Both the position numbers and the translations under genes were made by a program. Under the pieces are notes generated by a model. It was given only the letters and a program-made list of their open reading frames with translations, did no database searches and was not told the DNA's origin. A DNA stretch of 51,403 bases, from the NCBI GenBank assembly GCA_903936865.1, contig CAIZXK010000034.1:1-51403 (forward strand), given 5' to 3'. Positions 32,033 to 41,317 of this stretch are shown piece after piece. The stretch's first letter is position 1, and the number at the start of each line of letters is the position of its first letter. The stretch is from an uncultured Bacteroidales bacterium (GTDB lineage: Bacteria; Bacteroidota; Bacteroidia; Bacteroidales; JACABE01).

Positions 32033-33340
32033 ATGTTAATATATACCACAAAAATAACAAACAGGATTAAATATATCTTCAAAGTATATTTTGAAGAATT
32101 ATTGGGTGTAAAATACAGTTTTACTACAATAAAGGAAGATTTTGAAGCTTATGAAGGAATCAAATTCAGCTACGCAGATCAAGCTTTGGGCAATGAATTA
32201 TTCTTTTGTTCCGGTAATTTATTATTTGAAAACAATATTCATGAGATAGATTTCAAATTTATTGATTTTGAAAGCAATACAGCAATATGCCCAACTTTCA
32301 ATAAAAGATCAGCTTTACCTTTCGATCCTTTTTCTGCCGGATTTTATTTGATTACCCGATACGAAGAGTATTTACCTTATATAAAAGATCAATACGAAAG
32401 ATTTAGTGCAAATCAAAGTCTGGCGTATCAAAAGTACTTTCTGAAAAAACCAATGATTAACATTTGGGCTATAGCTATTTCGAAAATAATTAAAGAAAAT
32501 TTCAGTGATTTCAAACCAAAAACCAGGAAATTTAAAATTATTCCAACCATTGACATTGATTGTGCCTATGCATTTAAATTAAAAGGAGTTATTCGTTCAA
32601 TCGGAGGATATTTAAAATCAATAAAAGAGATTAATTTTAAAGATATTATCGAAAGAACTGCTGTTTTAAGTGGGTTTCAAAAAGATCATTTCGACACATT
32701 TGATTATCAATTTGAAATTCACAGTAAGTACAATTTAAACCCAATTTACTTTGTATTGTTCGCCGAATATGGAGATTTCGATAAAAATATTCATGTCAAT
32801 AACCAAAAGTTTCAATCATTGATTAAAATGTTGGAAGACAATGCAGAAGTTGGAATTCATCCTTCGTATGCTTCAAATACAGACCCGAAAATACTCAAAA
32901 AGGAAATTACTAATCTTTCAAAGGTACTAAACCGCCAGATTACAAAAAGTCGTCAACATTTTCTAAAGCTCAGTTTTCCTCATACTTACAGAAATCTAAT
33001 CGATTTGGATATTACAGATGATTATACAATGGGTTATGCTTCTGAGATTGGTTTTAGAGCAAGTATCTGCAATAGTTTTAACTTTTACGATCTGGAAATG
33101 GAAGTTGAAACCAACCTTAGAATTCATCCGTTTGCTTTTATGGAAGGCACTTTGCGCGACTACCTGAGTATAAATTCAAACAGAGCGTTGGATTATATAA
33201 AACCACTTATTGATGAAGTTAAAGTAGTTAACGGAACTTTTATTTGTCTGTGGCACAATGAATCACTAAGTAATCAACGTCGTTGGGTTGGCTGGCAGGA
33301 AGTATATGAGGAAATGATTAAATACGCCTTAAAGAAATGA
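32033..33340 (+). CDS. Conserved hypothetical, putative polysaccharide deacetylase-like (CE4/NodB-like) protein
   Basis: 435 aa. The central and C-terminal segments (TIDIDCAYAF, VGIHPSYAS, SRQHFLKL, IHPFAFMEG) resemble divergent NodB-type deacetylase family proteins annotated in Bacteroidota. This assignment is from memory and is not secure. Confidence 0.5.
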   Translation: MLIYTTKITNRIKYIFKVYFEELLGVKYSFTTIKEDFEAYEGIKFSYADQALGNELFFCSGNLLFENNIHEIDFKFIDFESNTAICPTFNKRSALPFDPFSAGFYLITRYEEYLPYIKDQYERFSANQSLAYQKYFLKKPMINIWAIAISKIIKENFSDFKPKTRKFKIIPTIDIDCAYAFKLKGVIRSIGGYLKSIKEINFKDIIERTAVLSGFQKDHFDTFDYQFEIHSKYNLNPIYFVLFAEYGDFDKNIHVNNQKFQSLIKMLEDNAEVGIHPSYASNTDPKILKKEITNLSKVLNRQITKSRQHFLKLSFPHTYRNLIDLDITDDYTMGYASEIGFRASICNSFNFYDLEMEVETNLRIHPFAFMEGTLRDYLSINSNRALDYIKPLIDEVKVVNGTFICLWHNESLSNQRRWVGWQEVYEEMIKYALKK

Positions 33341-34296
33341 TACAGTTTATCGAAAGCAAAAATATTGACAAAGTTAAATGGAATCACTGCATCGGTAATT
33401 CCATCAATAGTTTGCTTTATGCATACAGCTGGTATATGGATGTAGTTTGTGAAGATTGGGCCGCATTGGTCGAAAATGATTATGAAAGTGTTATGCCTTT
33501 GGCTTATCGTAGAAAATTTGGCATACATTATATATATCCACCAATTTTCATTCAGCAATTAGGTATATTTTCAATGGTTTTGCTTGACGATGAAATTAGT
33601 GACAGATTCCTTAAAGCTATCCCAAAAAAATTCCGTTTTATTGAATATAACCTTAATTCATACAATCAAATAGATAATAAAAAATATAAAATAAAAAATA
33701 ATGTAAATCATTTACTTGATTTAATTATTAATTACGAAGCAATAGCTAAAAATTATTCGGAGAACCTAAAACGTAACCTGAAAAAAGCAAATAAAACAGG
33801 TGTTAATATTTCACAAAACATTAAACCCGAAGATATTATTGAAATATTTTCAAAAAATAAAGGTAAAGAGATAAATAAATTCGGTATAAATGAGTATGCA
33901 ATACTAAAAAAACTAACTTACATTGGTATTCACAAAGGATATATTCAAACTTATGGAGCTTATACCATTCAAAATGAATTATGTGCCGGAGCAATCTTTG
34001 CTGTTGACAAACAAAGAGCTATATTTTTGTTTTCAGCAACAAATAAAGTTTCTAAGAATCTTTTTGCGATGCCTTTACTAATTGATAATTTTATAAAAAA
34101 TAATGCAGAAAAAAATATTGTTCTTGATTTTGAAGGTTCTAATAATGAAAATCTGGCAAGATTTTACAAAAGTTTTGGTTCAAAAACGGTAAATTATAAT
34201 ACTTTACATATTAATAAACTACCATTTTATATTAAAATTGGAGTTTTTTTTGTAAAAAGAATAAGAAATTTCGTTTGGTTAAGAAATATTAATTAA
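33337..34296 (+). CDS. FemAB-like / GNAT-fold acyltransferase family protein (Acetyltransf_6-like)
   Basis: 319 aa. NLKRNLKKANKTGV and AGAIFAVDKQRAIFLFSATN resemble the FemAB-like GNAT family. Its ATG overlaps the upstream stop (ATGA), which implies translational coupling. Confidence 0.5.
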   Translation: MIQFIESKNIDKVKWNHCIGNSINSLLYAYSWYMDVVCEDWAALVENDYESVMPLAYRRKFGIHYIYPPIFIQQLGIFSMVLLDDEISDRFLKAIPKKFRFIEYNLNSYNQIDNKKYKIKNNVNHLLDLIINYEAIAKNYSENLKRNLKKANKTGVNISQNIKPEDIIEIFSKNKGKEINKFGINEYAILKKLTYIGIHKGYIQTYGAYTIQNELCAGAIFAVDKQRAIFLFSATNKVSKNLFAMPLLIDNFIKNNAEKNIVLDFEGSNNENLARFYKSFGSKTVNYNTLHINKLPFYIKIGVFFVKRIRNFVWLRNIN

Positions 34297-34331
34297 TTTT
34301 GATTGTTTTTGAATTATTAAAAAAATACAAA

Positions 34332-34988
34332 ATGGTAAATAATCTAGGAAATCAGAATTCGCTTTTCAATCAGTTTATTGCAGAAGTTAGAGACGAGCAG
34401 ATCCAAAAAGACAGTATGCGTTTTAGGCGCAATATGGAAAGATTGGGTGAAATTTTTGCTTATGAATTAAGTAAAAAATTAGCGTTTGAAAACAAAGAAA
34501 TTACAACATCTTTGGGAATTAAGGAAGTAGCTGTTTTAAAGTCGCAACCTGTTATTGCTTCGATTTTAAGAGCTGGATTGCCTTTTCATACCGGATTGTT
34601 AAACTTTTTCGACAAAGCTGAGAATGCTTTTATATCAGCTTATCGCAAACATGATAAAAATGGTGGATTTGAAATTCAGATTGAATATATTTCTTGCCCC
34701 GATTTAACTGACAAAATCCTGATTCTTGCTGATCCGATGCTTGCCACCGGAGCATCTATGGTAAAAACCTATAAGGAACTTTGTATTTACGGCAAGCCTG
34801 CGCATACCTATTTTGCATCCGTATTGGCAAGTTTGGAAGGTATCGATTATGTTAGAAAACATCTTTCAACTGATGATGTATCTATATGGGTTGGAGCAAT
34901 TGACGACGAATTAACAGCTCAGGCTTATATTGTTCCGGGCCTGGGTGATGCCGGAGATTTGGCTTTCGGAAACAAATTGCAATACTAA
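34332..34988 (+). CDS. upp: Uracil phosphoribosyltransferase
   Basis: The ORF-track start at 34299 is a TTG. The in-frame ATG at 34332 (MVNNLGNQNSLFNQFIAEVRD...) gives a 218-aa Upp. It has the PRPP loop LILADPMLATGAS and the C-terminal YIVPGLGDAGD. Confidence 0.9.
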   Translation: MVNNLGNQNSLFNQFIAEVRDEQIQKDSMRFRRNMERLGEIFAYELSKKLAFENKEITTSLGIKEVAVLKSQPVIASILRAGLPFHTGLLNFFDKAENAFISAYRKHDKNGGFEIQIEYISCPDLTDKILILADPMLATGASMVKTYKELCIYGKPAHTYFASVLASLEGIDYVRKHLSTDDVSIWVGAIDDELTAQAYIVPGLGDAGDLAFGNKLQY

Positions 34989-35018
34989 TTTACTCTAAAA
35001 CATTAGCTTACACATATC

Positions 35019-36257
35019 ATGAAATTACTCGTTATTGAGAATATAAAGATTTCGCTCGAATCCATCAGAAGCCATTTATTAAGAACTATACTTACCATTC
35101 TTATTATTGCATTTGGAATAATGGCTTTGGTAGGAATACTAACTGCCATAGATTCACTTGAATATAGCATTACAAAAAGTTTTTCGAGTATGGGAGCCAA
35201 TACATTTACCATCAGAAACCGATCCATGCAAATGCAGATTGGCGAAGGCAGAAGAGAAAAACATTACGAAGCGATTACAATAGATCAGGCTCAACGTTTT
35301 AAGGAAAACTATAAGTTTCCTGCTTATACTTCCATTTCAACTTTTGCTACACATACTGCCACTGTTAAATTTGAAAGTGAAAAAACCAATCCAAATATTG
35401 GCGTAATTGGTGCCGACGAAAACTATATGTTTACTTCTGGCAGCGAATTGGAAAAAGGAAGAAATTTTACACCTATCGAGGTTTTCGCAGGAAGTAATGT
35501 CGCCATTATTGGTGGAGAACTAGCTTCATCCATATTCAAAAAAGGAGAAAATCCAATAGAACAAATTATTACAATCGGACCTGGAAAATATATTGTTATC
35601 GGGGTATTAAAATCAAAAGGCAACAGCATGGGTTTTAGTGGCGACAAAAACTGCATTCTCCCACTTAACAATGTACGCCAAACTTTTGCCCGGTCTAATA
35701 TGTCTTTTAGCATTAGTGTTTTGGTAAAAGATCCGAAGCGTATGGATGCAGGAATTGACGAAGCTGTTGGATTATTCAGGGTTATCAGAAAAGTAAATAT
35801 TGGGGAAGATAATTCATTTGAAGCTGCCAAAAGCGATAATATGGCAAAATCGTTTATCGAAAACATGAAATATGTTTCGATGGCAGCCTCTATAATCGGT
35901 TTTATTACCCTGCTGGGTGCTGCAATTGGACTGATGAACATTATGTTAGTATCTGTCAGTGAACGTACCCGTGAAATTGGAATCCGCAAATCGATGGGAG
36001 CCACAAAAAAAGTTATAAGAAATCAATTTTTGTTCGAAGCAGTCGTTATTGGTCAACTGGGTGGAATACTAGGCGTTATTCTTGGTATTCTAATCGGCAA
36101 TGTCGTTTCATTAGCTATTGGCAGCGATTTTATCATTCCTTGGAAATGGATAATTGGTGGAATTTCTATGTGTTTGGCTGTTGGACTTATTTCCGGTATC
36201 TATCCAGCAACAAAGGCAGCTAGTCTCGATCCTATTGAATCGTTAAGATATGAGTAA
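35019..36257 (+). CDS. ABC transporter permease, MacB/FtsX type
   Basis: 412 aa. It has an N-terminal TM helix, a periplasmic MacB_PCD-like domain of about 230 aa, and a C-terminal FtsX domain (SERTREIGIRKSMGA) with 3 TM helices. No ATPase gene is adjacent. Confidence 0.85.
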   Translation: MKLLVIENIKISLESIRSHLLRTILTILIIAFGIMALVGILTAIDSLEYSITKSFSSMGANTFTIRNRSMQMQIGEGRREKHYEAITIDQAQRFKENYKFPAYTSISTFATHTATVKFESEKTNPNIGVIGADENYMFTSGSELEKGRNFTPIEVFAGSNVAIIGGELASSIFKKGENPIEQIITIGPGKYIVIGVLKSKGNSMGFSGDKNCILPLNNVRQTFARSNMSFSISVLVKDPKRMDAGIDEAVGLFRVIRKVNIGEDNSFEAAKSDNMAKSFIENMKYVSMAASIIGFITLLGAAIGLMNIMLVSVSERTREIGIRKSMGATKKVIRNQFLFEAVVIGQLGGILGVILGILIGNVVSLAIGSDFIIPWKWIIGGISMCLAVGLISGIYPATKAASLDPIESLRYE

Positions 36258-36292
36258 AAGAATTTAAAAGTATATAGAAATGCAAAAATAAA

Positions 36293-36316
36293 ATGAAAAT
36301 GAAAATGAAAATGAAA
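36293..36316 (+). repeat. (ATGAAA)x4 hexanucleotide repeat at the start codon of the T9SS cargo gene
   Basis: ATGAAAATGAAAATGAAAATGAAA read directly from the sequence. It encodes MKMKMKMK and offers four in-frame ATG starts. Confidence 0.9.
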
Positions 36317-37258
36317 AAAACTTTACTTCTCTTCATAGCTTTTTATTCATTGTCAATTGCTTATGGACAGACAAATACATACCATCCCTTTTCTGATTCA
36401 GCTATCTGGAGGGTTGATATTTTGGTAAATAATCCTCAAGGAGGTGGCTGCCTTGCAACCTATTATTTTCACTATTATTCTTCAGGCGATACGTTGATTA
36501 ATAGCTTAATACATAATAAAATTTACAAATCCTTTGTTGCACTTACTTCTACAGGAGCAGCATCTCCCTGCAATCCTCTACCACCACTTCAATTATCAGG
36601 TTATATAGGAGCCTTAAGAGATGACTCCGTTGCTAATAAAACATTTTTTGTTTTTCAAAACGAAACTAACGATTCTCTTCTGTTTGATTACAATTTAAAT
36701 GCAAATGATACTGTAAAAGGTTTTATTGGAGCATATTGTACCACAGTAGTTTCATCTGTAGATTCTATAATGATAAATGGAAATTACAGAAAAAGATGGA
36801 ATTGCAATGCTTGCGGTAACTCTAATCAATACATCATAGAAGGAATAGGAACAAGTTATGGTTTAACGGAAATATTTGTAAATAATTCGGTTAATCCATT
36901 TGGCCGGTTAATATGTTCCAGAGAAAACACAAACATACTTTATGCTACTGGGTATAATTCTTTATTTGGATGTGAATTAATTTACAACGGAATAGATGAA
37001 TTAAATACAGATAATAATTTCAAGGTTTTCCCAAATCCATTTTCTTCTTCATTAAATTTTGAATCAGATAAAACGCTGACTAATGCATACATTACAGTTT
37101 ACAATATACATGGACAGAATGTAAAACAAATTAAAAATATTTCAGGTCGGTCTATCACTTTGCATCGCGACAACTTACCAGACGGACTGTATTTCTTTTG
37201 TTTAATGCAAGACCATAAAGTAATATTTTCAGAAAAACTTATAATTACAGATTACTGA
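36293..37258 (+). CDS. Secreted protein with T9SS C-terminal sorting domain
   Basis: 321 aa with a signal peptide. The C-terminal roughly 80 aa (FKVFPNPFSSSLNFES...YITVYNIHGQNV...LPDGLYFFCL) is a Por secretion tail. The N-terminal domain is unrecognised. Confidence 0.8.
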   Translation: MKMKMKMKKTLLLFIAFYSLSIAYGQTNTYHPFSDSAIWRVDILVNNPQGGGCLATYYFHYYSSGDTLINSLIHNKIYKSFVALTSTGAASPCNPLPPLQLSGYIGALRDDSVANKTFFVFQNETNDSLLFDYNLNANDTVKGFIGAYCTTVVSSVDSIMINGNYRKRWNCNACGNSNQYIIEGIGTSYGLTEIFVNNSVNPFGRLICSRENTNILYATGYNSLFGCELIYNGIDELNTDNNFKVFPNPFSSSLNFESDKTLTNAYITVYNIHGQNVKQIKNISGRSITLHRDNLPDGLYFFCLMQDHKVIFSEKLIITDY

Positions 37259-37417
37259 TTTAAGTAAAAAAACTCAAATACATATTGAATAATTGAGTGG
37301 TATTTGTTGAGTTTTATTAAATTGCTGATTTTCTGAGTAAATTAAAAGAAATTAGTTGCAATTTTTTATAATACAATTCGTTATAATCGAGTTATTAACC
37401 ATAATCCAATTAGTAGA

Positions 37418-38059
37418 ATGAATAAAATCAGATCAATTTTGATACTTACTGTTATCGTAAGTATGATTTCCTGTAATCCACCGGTAACTTTTGACGAACC
37501 ACAACCAGCAGGTGTTAAAAACATACAGAAATTCCCTAATCGATTGCAGGGAGAATATCTTAGTTTGACTGATAATTCTTTACTGACAATTAATGATCAT
37601 TTAATCCAGCGAATTTACAATTTTGACAATAAAATAAATATCAACGAACTCGATAGCAACTTCAGACTTTCGGGTGATACTTTAATAGATTTAATATCAG
37701 ACGAAAAAACATTAGTAAAACGCGTAGGTGATAGTTTGATAAACCATGTTTATTATGTAGATACACTGTTTGAGATAAATCAGGAAAATGTTGTAAGAAA
37801 ATTTAAAGGGTTTTACTTTATTAACAAACTTTTCGACAAGGAAATGTGGGAAGTTAAGAAGATACAATTACTGAAAGGACAACTGATTATAAGTAAAATT
37901 TCAACAAAAAATGACCTTGATAATTTAAGAGCAATAACCGAGACACCAATGGATACAATTTATCCTTATAAAATTAAAGCAACGAAAAAGCAATTCAAGC
38001 ACTTTGTAAAAAGCAATGGATTTAGCGATAGCGAAACTTTTATATTGCAAAAGAAATAA
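37418..38059 (+). CDS. Hypothetical lipoprotein
   Basis: 213 aa. The N-terminus MNKIRSILILTVIVSMISC has a lipobox-like Cys19. I recognise no domain. Confidence 0.6.
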   Translation: MNKIRSILILTVIVSMISCNPPVTFDEPQPAGVKNIQKFPNRLQGEYLSLTDNSLLTINDHLIQRIYNFDNKININELDSNFRLSGDTLIDLISDEKTLVKRVGDSLINHVYYVDTLFEINQENVVRKFKGFYFINKLFDKEMWEVKKIQLLKGQLIISKISTKNDLDNLRAITETPMDTIYPYKIKATKKQFKHFVKSNGFSDSETFILQKK

Positions 38060-38185
38060 TCAGGAAACATAAACCAGAATGCCAATAGCAATCAAGTAAA
38101 CAGCTTTCTGATTAAAAGAAAAATTGCGATGTACTTTCAATCACCTGACTTTTAAACAATAGCCAAACAAAAACAATAAATATTA

Positions 38186-38593
38186 ATGCACAAGAACGAA
38201 ACAAATATTTTACTTTTTGATGGAGTTTGTAATTTATGTATTAGCATTGTGAATTTTACAATAAAAAAAGATACAAAAGGAAAATTCAAATTTGCAGCAC
38301 TGCAATCTGAAAGCGGACAAGCATTGCTTAATAAGTTTGGGCTATCAACAAAGGATTTTAACTCGTTTATTTTCATTAGTGGAGATAAATATTTTATCAA
38401 ATCATCGGCAGTGCTTCATGTTCTAAAAGAATTAGGAATAGTCTGGATACTTTTTTACATTTTTATTGTTATACCAAGACCTATAAGAGATTTTATGTAT
38501 AGCATAATTGCAAAAACACGATATACAATCTTTGGAAAACAGAATACCTGCTTTATACCAAGTCCTGATATAAAAAGAAAGTTTGTAGACTGA
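38186..38593 (+). CDS. Thiol-disulfide oxidoreductase DCC family protein (DUF393)
   Basis: 135 aa. The N-terminal ILLFDGVCNLCISIVNF motif is typical of DCC family proteins. Confidence 0.8.
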   Translation: MHKNETNILLFDGVCNLCISIVNFTIKKDTKGKFKFAALQSESGQALLNKFGLSTKDFNSFIFISGDKYFIKSSAVLHVLKELGIVWILFYIFIVIPRPIRDFMYSIIAKTRYTIFGKQNTCFIPSPDIKRKFVD

Positions 38594-38774
38594 TTAATAG
38601 AATAAGAACTACAAAATATGAATAGATTTTCATAACAAAGAGAACAATGTAATAAACAATAAAATACAACTATTAATAAAATTTTTAACTTTATATTAAT
38701 TTGCTATGTTCTTACAGTTTTGAGGTTTCTTCATATTTTATGATTCATACCTTATGTGATATAATAATTTTTAG

Positions 38775-38782
38775 TAATTTTG
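38775..38782 (+). promoter_or_regulatory. Candidate -7 box (TAATTTTG) for the helicase gene
   Basis: Exact TAnnTTTG match ending 25 nt upstream of the TTG start at 38807. Motif match only. Confidence 0.3.
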
Positions 38783-38806
38783 AAGCTTCAATAGGAGAAC
38801 AAAATT

Positions 38807-41113
38807 TTGAGAAACTTTTTAAATGAATTAAATGAAGCTCAACGCATAGCCGTTGAAGTTACCGATGGTCCTGTGATGATTATTGCGGGAGCAGGCTCCG
38901 GCAAAACACGGGCTCTTACTTACCGCATTGCATATTTACTTAGTAAAGGAGTGGATTCTTTCAATATTCTGTCGCTTACATTTACCAATAAAGCAGCCCG
39001 CGAAATGAAAGAACGTATCTTTCAGCTGGTAGGTCCCGATGCACGCAATTTGTGGATGGGTACTTTCCACTCTGTGTTTGCCAAAATACTTCGCTTTGAA
39101 GCAGAAAAACTCGGTTATCCTTCCAACTTTACTATTTACGATACAGACGATACCAAAAGTCTGATGCGTAGTATTATAAAAGAACAAAATCTCGATCCTA
39201 AGCAATATGTCCCCAATTATGTTTTACATAGAATTTCATCAGCCAAAAGCAGTCTGCTGAACGAAATAGATTATGTAAACAATGCCGAACTGCTAATGCA
39301 GGACAAACAAGCAAACAAACCGATGATTGGAGAACTTTTCAAACTCTATAACATGCGTTTGCGAAAAGCACAAGCCATGGATTTTGATGATTTGCTCTAT
39401 TATACAAATGTATTACTTCGCGATTTTCCGGAAGTTCTTTATAAATACCAACAGAAATTTAAATACATTCTTGTTGATGAGTACCAGGACACCAACTATG
39501 CTCAATATCTGATTGTAAAAAAACTGGCTGCGAATAACGAAAATATCTGCGTTGTAGGAGATGATGCTCAAAGTATTTATGCGTTTCGTGGTGCAAATAT
39601 TCAGAATATTTTAAACTTTAAAAACGATTATCCCGATTTAAAAACATTTAAGCTTGAGCAAAATTACCGATCAACCAAAGTTATTGTTAATGCTGCAAAT
39701 AGCCTGATTGCTAAAAATAAAGATCAGATATTCAAGGAAGTATGGACAGAAAATGAAGAAGGCAATAAAATTAAACTTTTAAAAGCAACATCCGATAATG
39801 AAGAAGGTACATTGGTTGCCAATTCTATATTCGAGCTTAAAATGAATAATCAGTTAAACAACGATGCCTTTGCAATATTATACCGCACCAATGCACAATC
39901 ACGTTCAATGGAAGAAGCATTAAGAAAACTTAATATTCCATATCGCATTTACGGTGGACTTTCATTTTACAAACGCAAGGAAATAAAGGATTTATTGGCT
40001 TACTTCCGTCTGGCAATCAATCATAATGATGAAGAAGCTTTAATTAGAATCATCAATTTTCCTACAAGAGGAATCGGGCAAACCACCATAGACCGGCTTC
40101 GTTTGCTGGCTGATGAACACAGCCGAAGCATATTCAGAGTGATGGAAAGTCTTGAATTTGTAAAATCTGATATTAATCAGGGAACCCGAAGCAAACTAAA
40201 TGAGTTTGTAATTAAAATCAAAAGCTATTCGGTAATGCTTAAAACCCGAAATGCCTATGATTTGGCAAAACACATCGCTATTTCATCGGGTTTGATGAAA
40301 GCCCTTAATGATGATGATACTCCCGAAGGTGTCAGCAGAATAGAGAATATTGATGAATTACTCAATGCCATTAAGGATTTTACCGAGAAACCACAGGAAC
40401 AGATAGAAACAGGTATTGACGAAATGCCCGCAAACAGTATCAGAACGCTGGATGAATTTATGCAGGATATTGCATTGCTTACCGATGCAGACAATGATAA
40501 TGAGGATGATAATAACAAAGTATCACTTATGACCATTCATGCTGCCAAAGGTCTTGAATTTCCTTATGTTTTTGTTATAGGAATGGAAGAAAACCTATTT
40601 CCTTCCATCATGTCGATTTATTCGAGAGCTGAACTGGAAGAAGAAAGAAGATTATTTTATGTAGCAATAACACGAGCAGAAAAGCGACTTACACTTTCTT
40701 TTGCAGAAAACCGTTATCGCTGGGGCAATCTTACCTTTGCAGAACCTAGCAGGTTTATAGAAGAAATAGATCCCAGTTACATAGATTTTCCTCAAAAAAA
40801 TCCAACACTGAAAAAACTTTATAGCAACGATACAACTATTGAATTCAAAACAAAGATTCATAGCACCACAGAGCTAGGTAAATTAAAGAAAATATCCGAT
40901 AAGGAAAATAATATACCCCAGCAAAACACACAACTGGTTGAAGATTTCGACAGTTTTACAGCAGGAATGGATGTCGTACACGATCGTTTTGGAAATGGAA
41001 AAATAGTTCAGGTGGAAGGTATAGGAGCCAGCAAAAAAGCAACTGTAAATTTTGAGAATATTGGCAACAAGCAATTACTTTTGAAATTTGCAAAGCTAAG
41101 GGTAGTTGAGTAA
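38807..41113 (+). CDS. pcrA: ATP-dependent DNA helicase, UvrD/PcrA/Rep family (SF1A), TTG start
   Basis: 768 aa. It has LNEAQRIAV, Walker A AGAGSGKT, DEYQDTN, GDDAQSIYAFRGA, QNYRST, TIHAAKGLEFP and YVAITRA. The C-terminal Tudor-like tail is GMDVVHDRFGNGKIV. The only start upstream of the Walker A motif is the TTG at 38807. Confidence 0.93.
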   Translation: MRNFLNELNEAQRIAVEVTDGPVMIIAGAGSGKTRALTYRIAYLLSKGVDSFNILSLTFTNKAAREMKERIFQLVGPDARNLWMGTFHSVFAKILRFEAEKLGYPSNFTIYDTDDTKSLMRSIIKEQNLDPKQYVPNYVLHRISSAKSSLLNEIDYVNNAELLMQDKQANKPMIGELFKLYNMRLRKAQAMDFDDLLYYTNVLLRDFPEVLYKYQQKFKYILVDEYQDTNYAQYLIVKKLAANNENICVVGDDAQSIYAFRGANIQNILNFKNDYPDLKTFKLEQNYRSTKVIVNAANSLIAKNKDQIFKEVWTENEEGNKIKLLKATSDNEEGTLVANSIFELKMNNQLNNDAFAILYRTNAQSRSMEEALRKLNIPYRIYGGLSFYKRKEIKDLLAYFRLAINHNDEEALIRIINFPTRGIGQTTIDRLRLLADEHSRSIFRVMESLEFVKSDINQGTRSKLNEFVIKIKSYSVMLKTRNAYDLAKHIAISSGLMKALNDDDTPEGVSRIENIDELLNAIKDFTEKPQEQIETGIDEMPANSIRTLDEFMQDIALLTDADNDNEDDNNKVSLMTIHAAKGLEFPYVFVIGMEENLFPSIMSIYSRAELEEERRLFYVAITRAEKRLTLSFAENRYRWGNLTFAEPSRFIEEIDPSYIDFPQKNPTLKKLYSNDTTIEFKTKIHSTTELGKLKKISDKENNIPQQNTQLVEDFDSFTAGMDVVHDRFGNGKIVQVEGIGASKKATVNFENIGNKQLLLKFAKLRVVE

Positions 41114-41202
41114 TTGAATAAAAGAGTAAGCAAATATTAATCAATACACTTTAACTTTTAAAACTTTATAAACTCAATTATACATTATTAATAAAATTTG
41201 TT

Positions 41203-41210
41203 TATTTTTG
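41203..41210 (+). promoter_or_regulatory. Candidate -7 box (TATTTTTG) for the DUF4290-murA pair
   Basis: Exact TAnnTTTG match 108 nt upstream of the ATG at 41318. Motif match only. Confidence 0.25.
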
Positions 41211-41317
41211 CATAATAAATAGATACTGTTTTTTACTACCATTTATTAACAGTAAAATAAAACGAATTATTGAGATTTACTATAATCTCCTTATAAACAA
41301 ACATTTTCATTACCTTT

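Noticed and set aside
35423-36004. 193-aa antisense ORF inside the ABC permease gene
   Set aside because: It lies entirely opposite a well-supported FtsX/MacB coding frame. Its sequence is Ile/Pro/Ser-rich and looks non-native, and it ends at the first sense-strand C|TA codon junction. It is long for an AT-rich genome, but nothing independent supports it.
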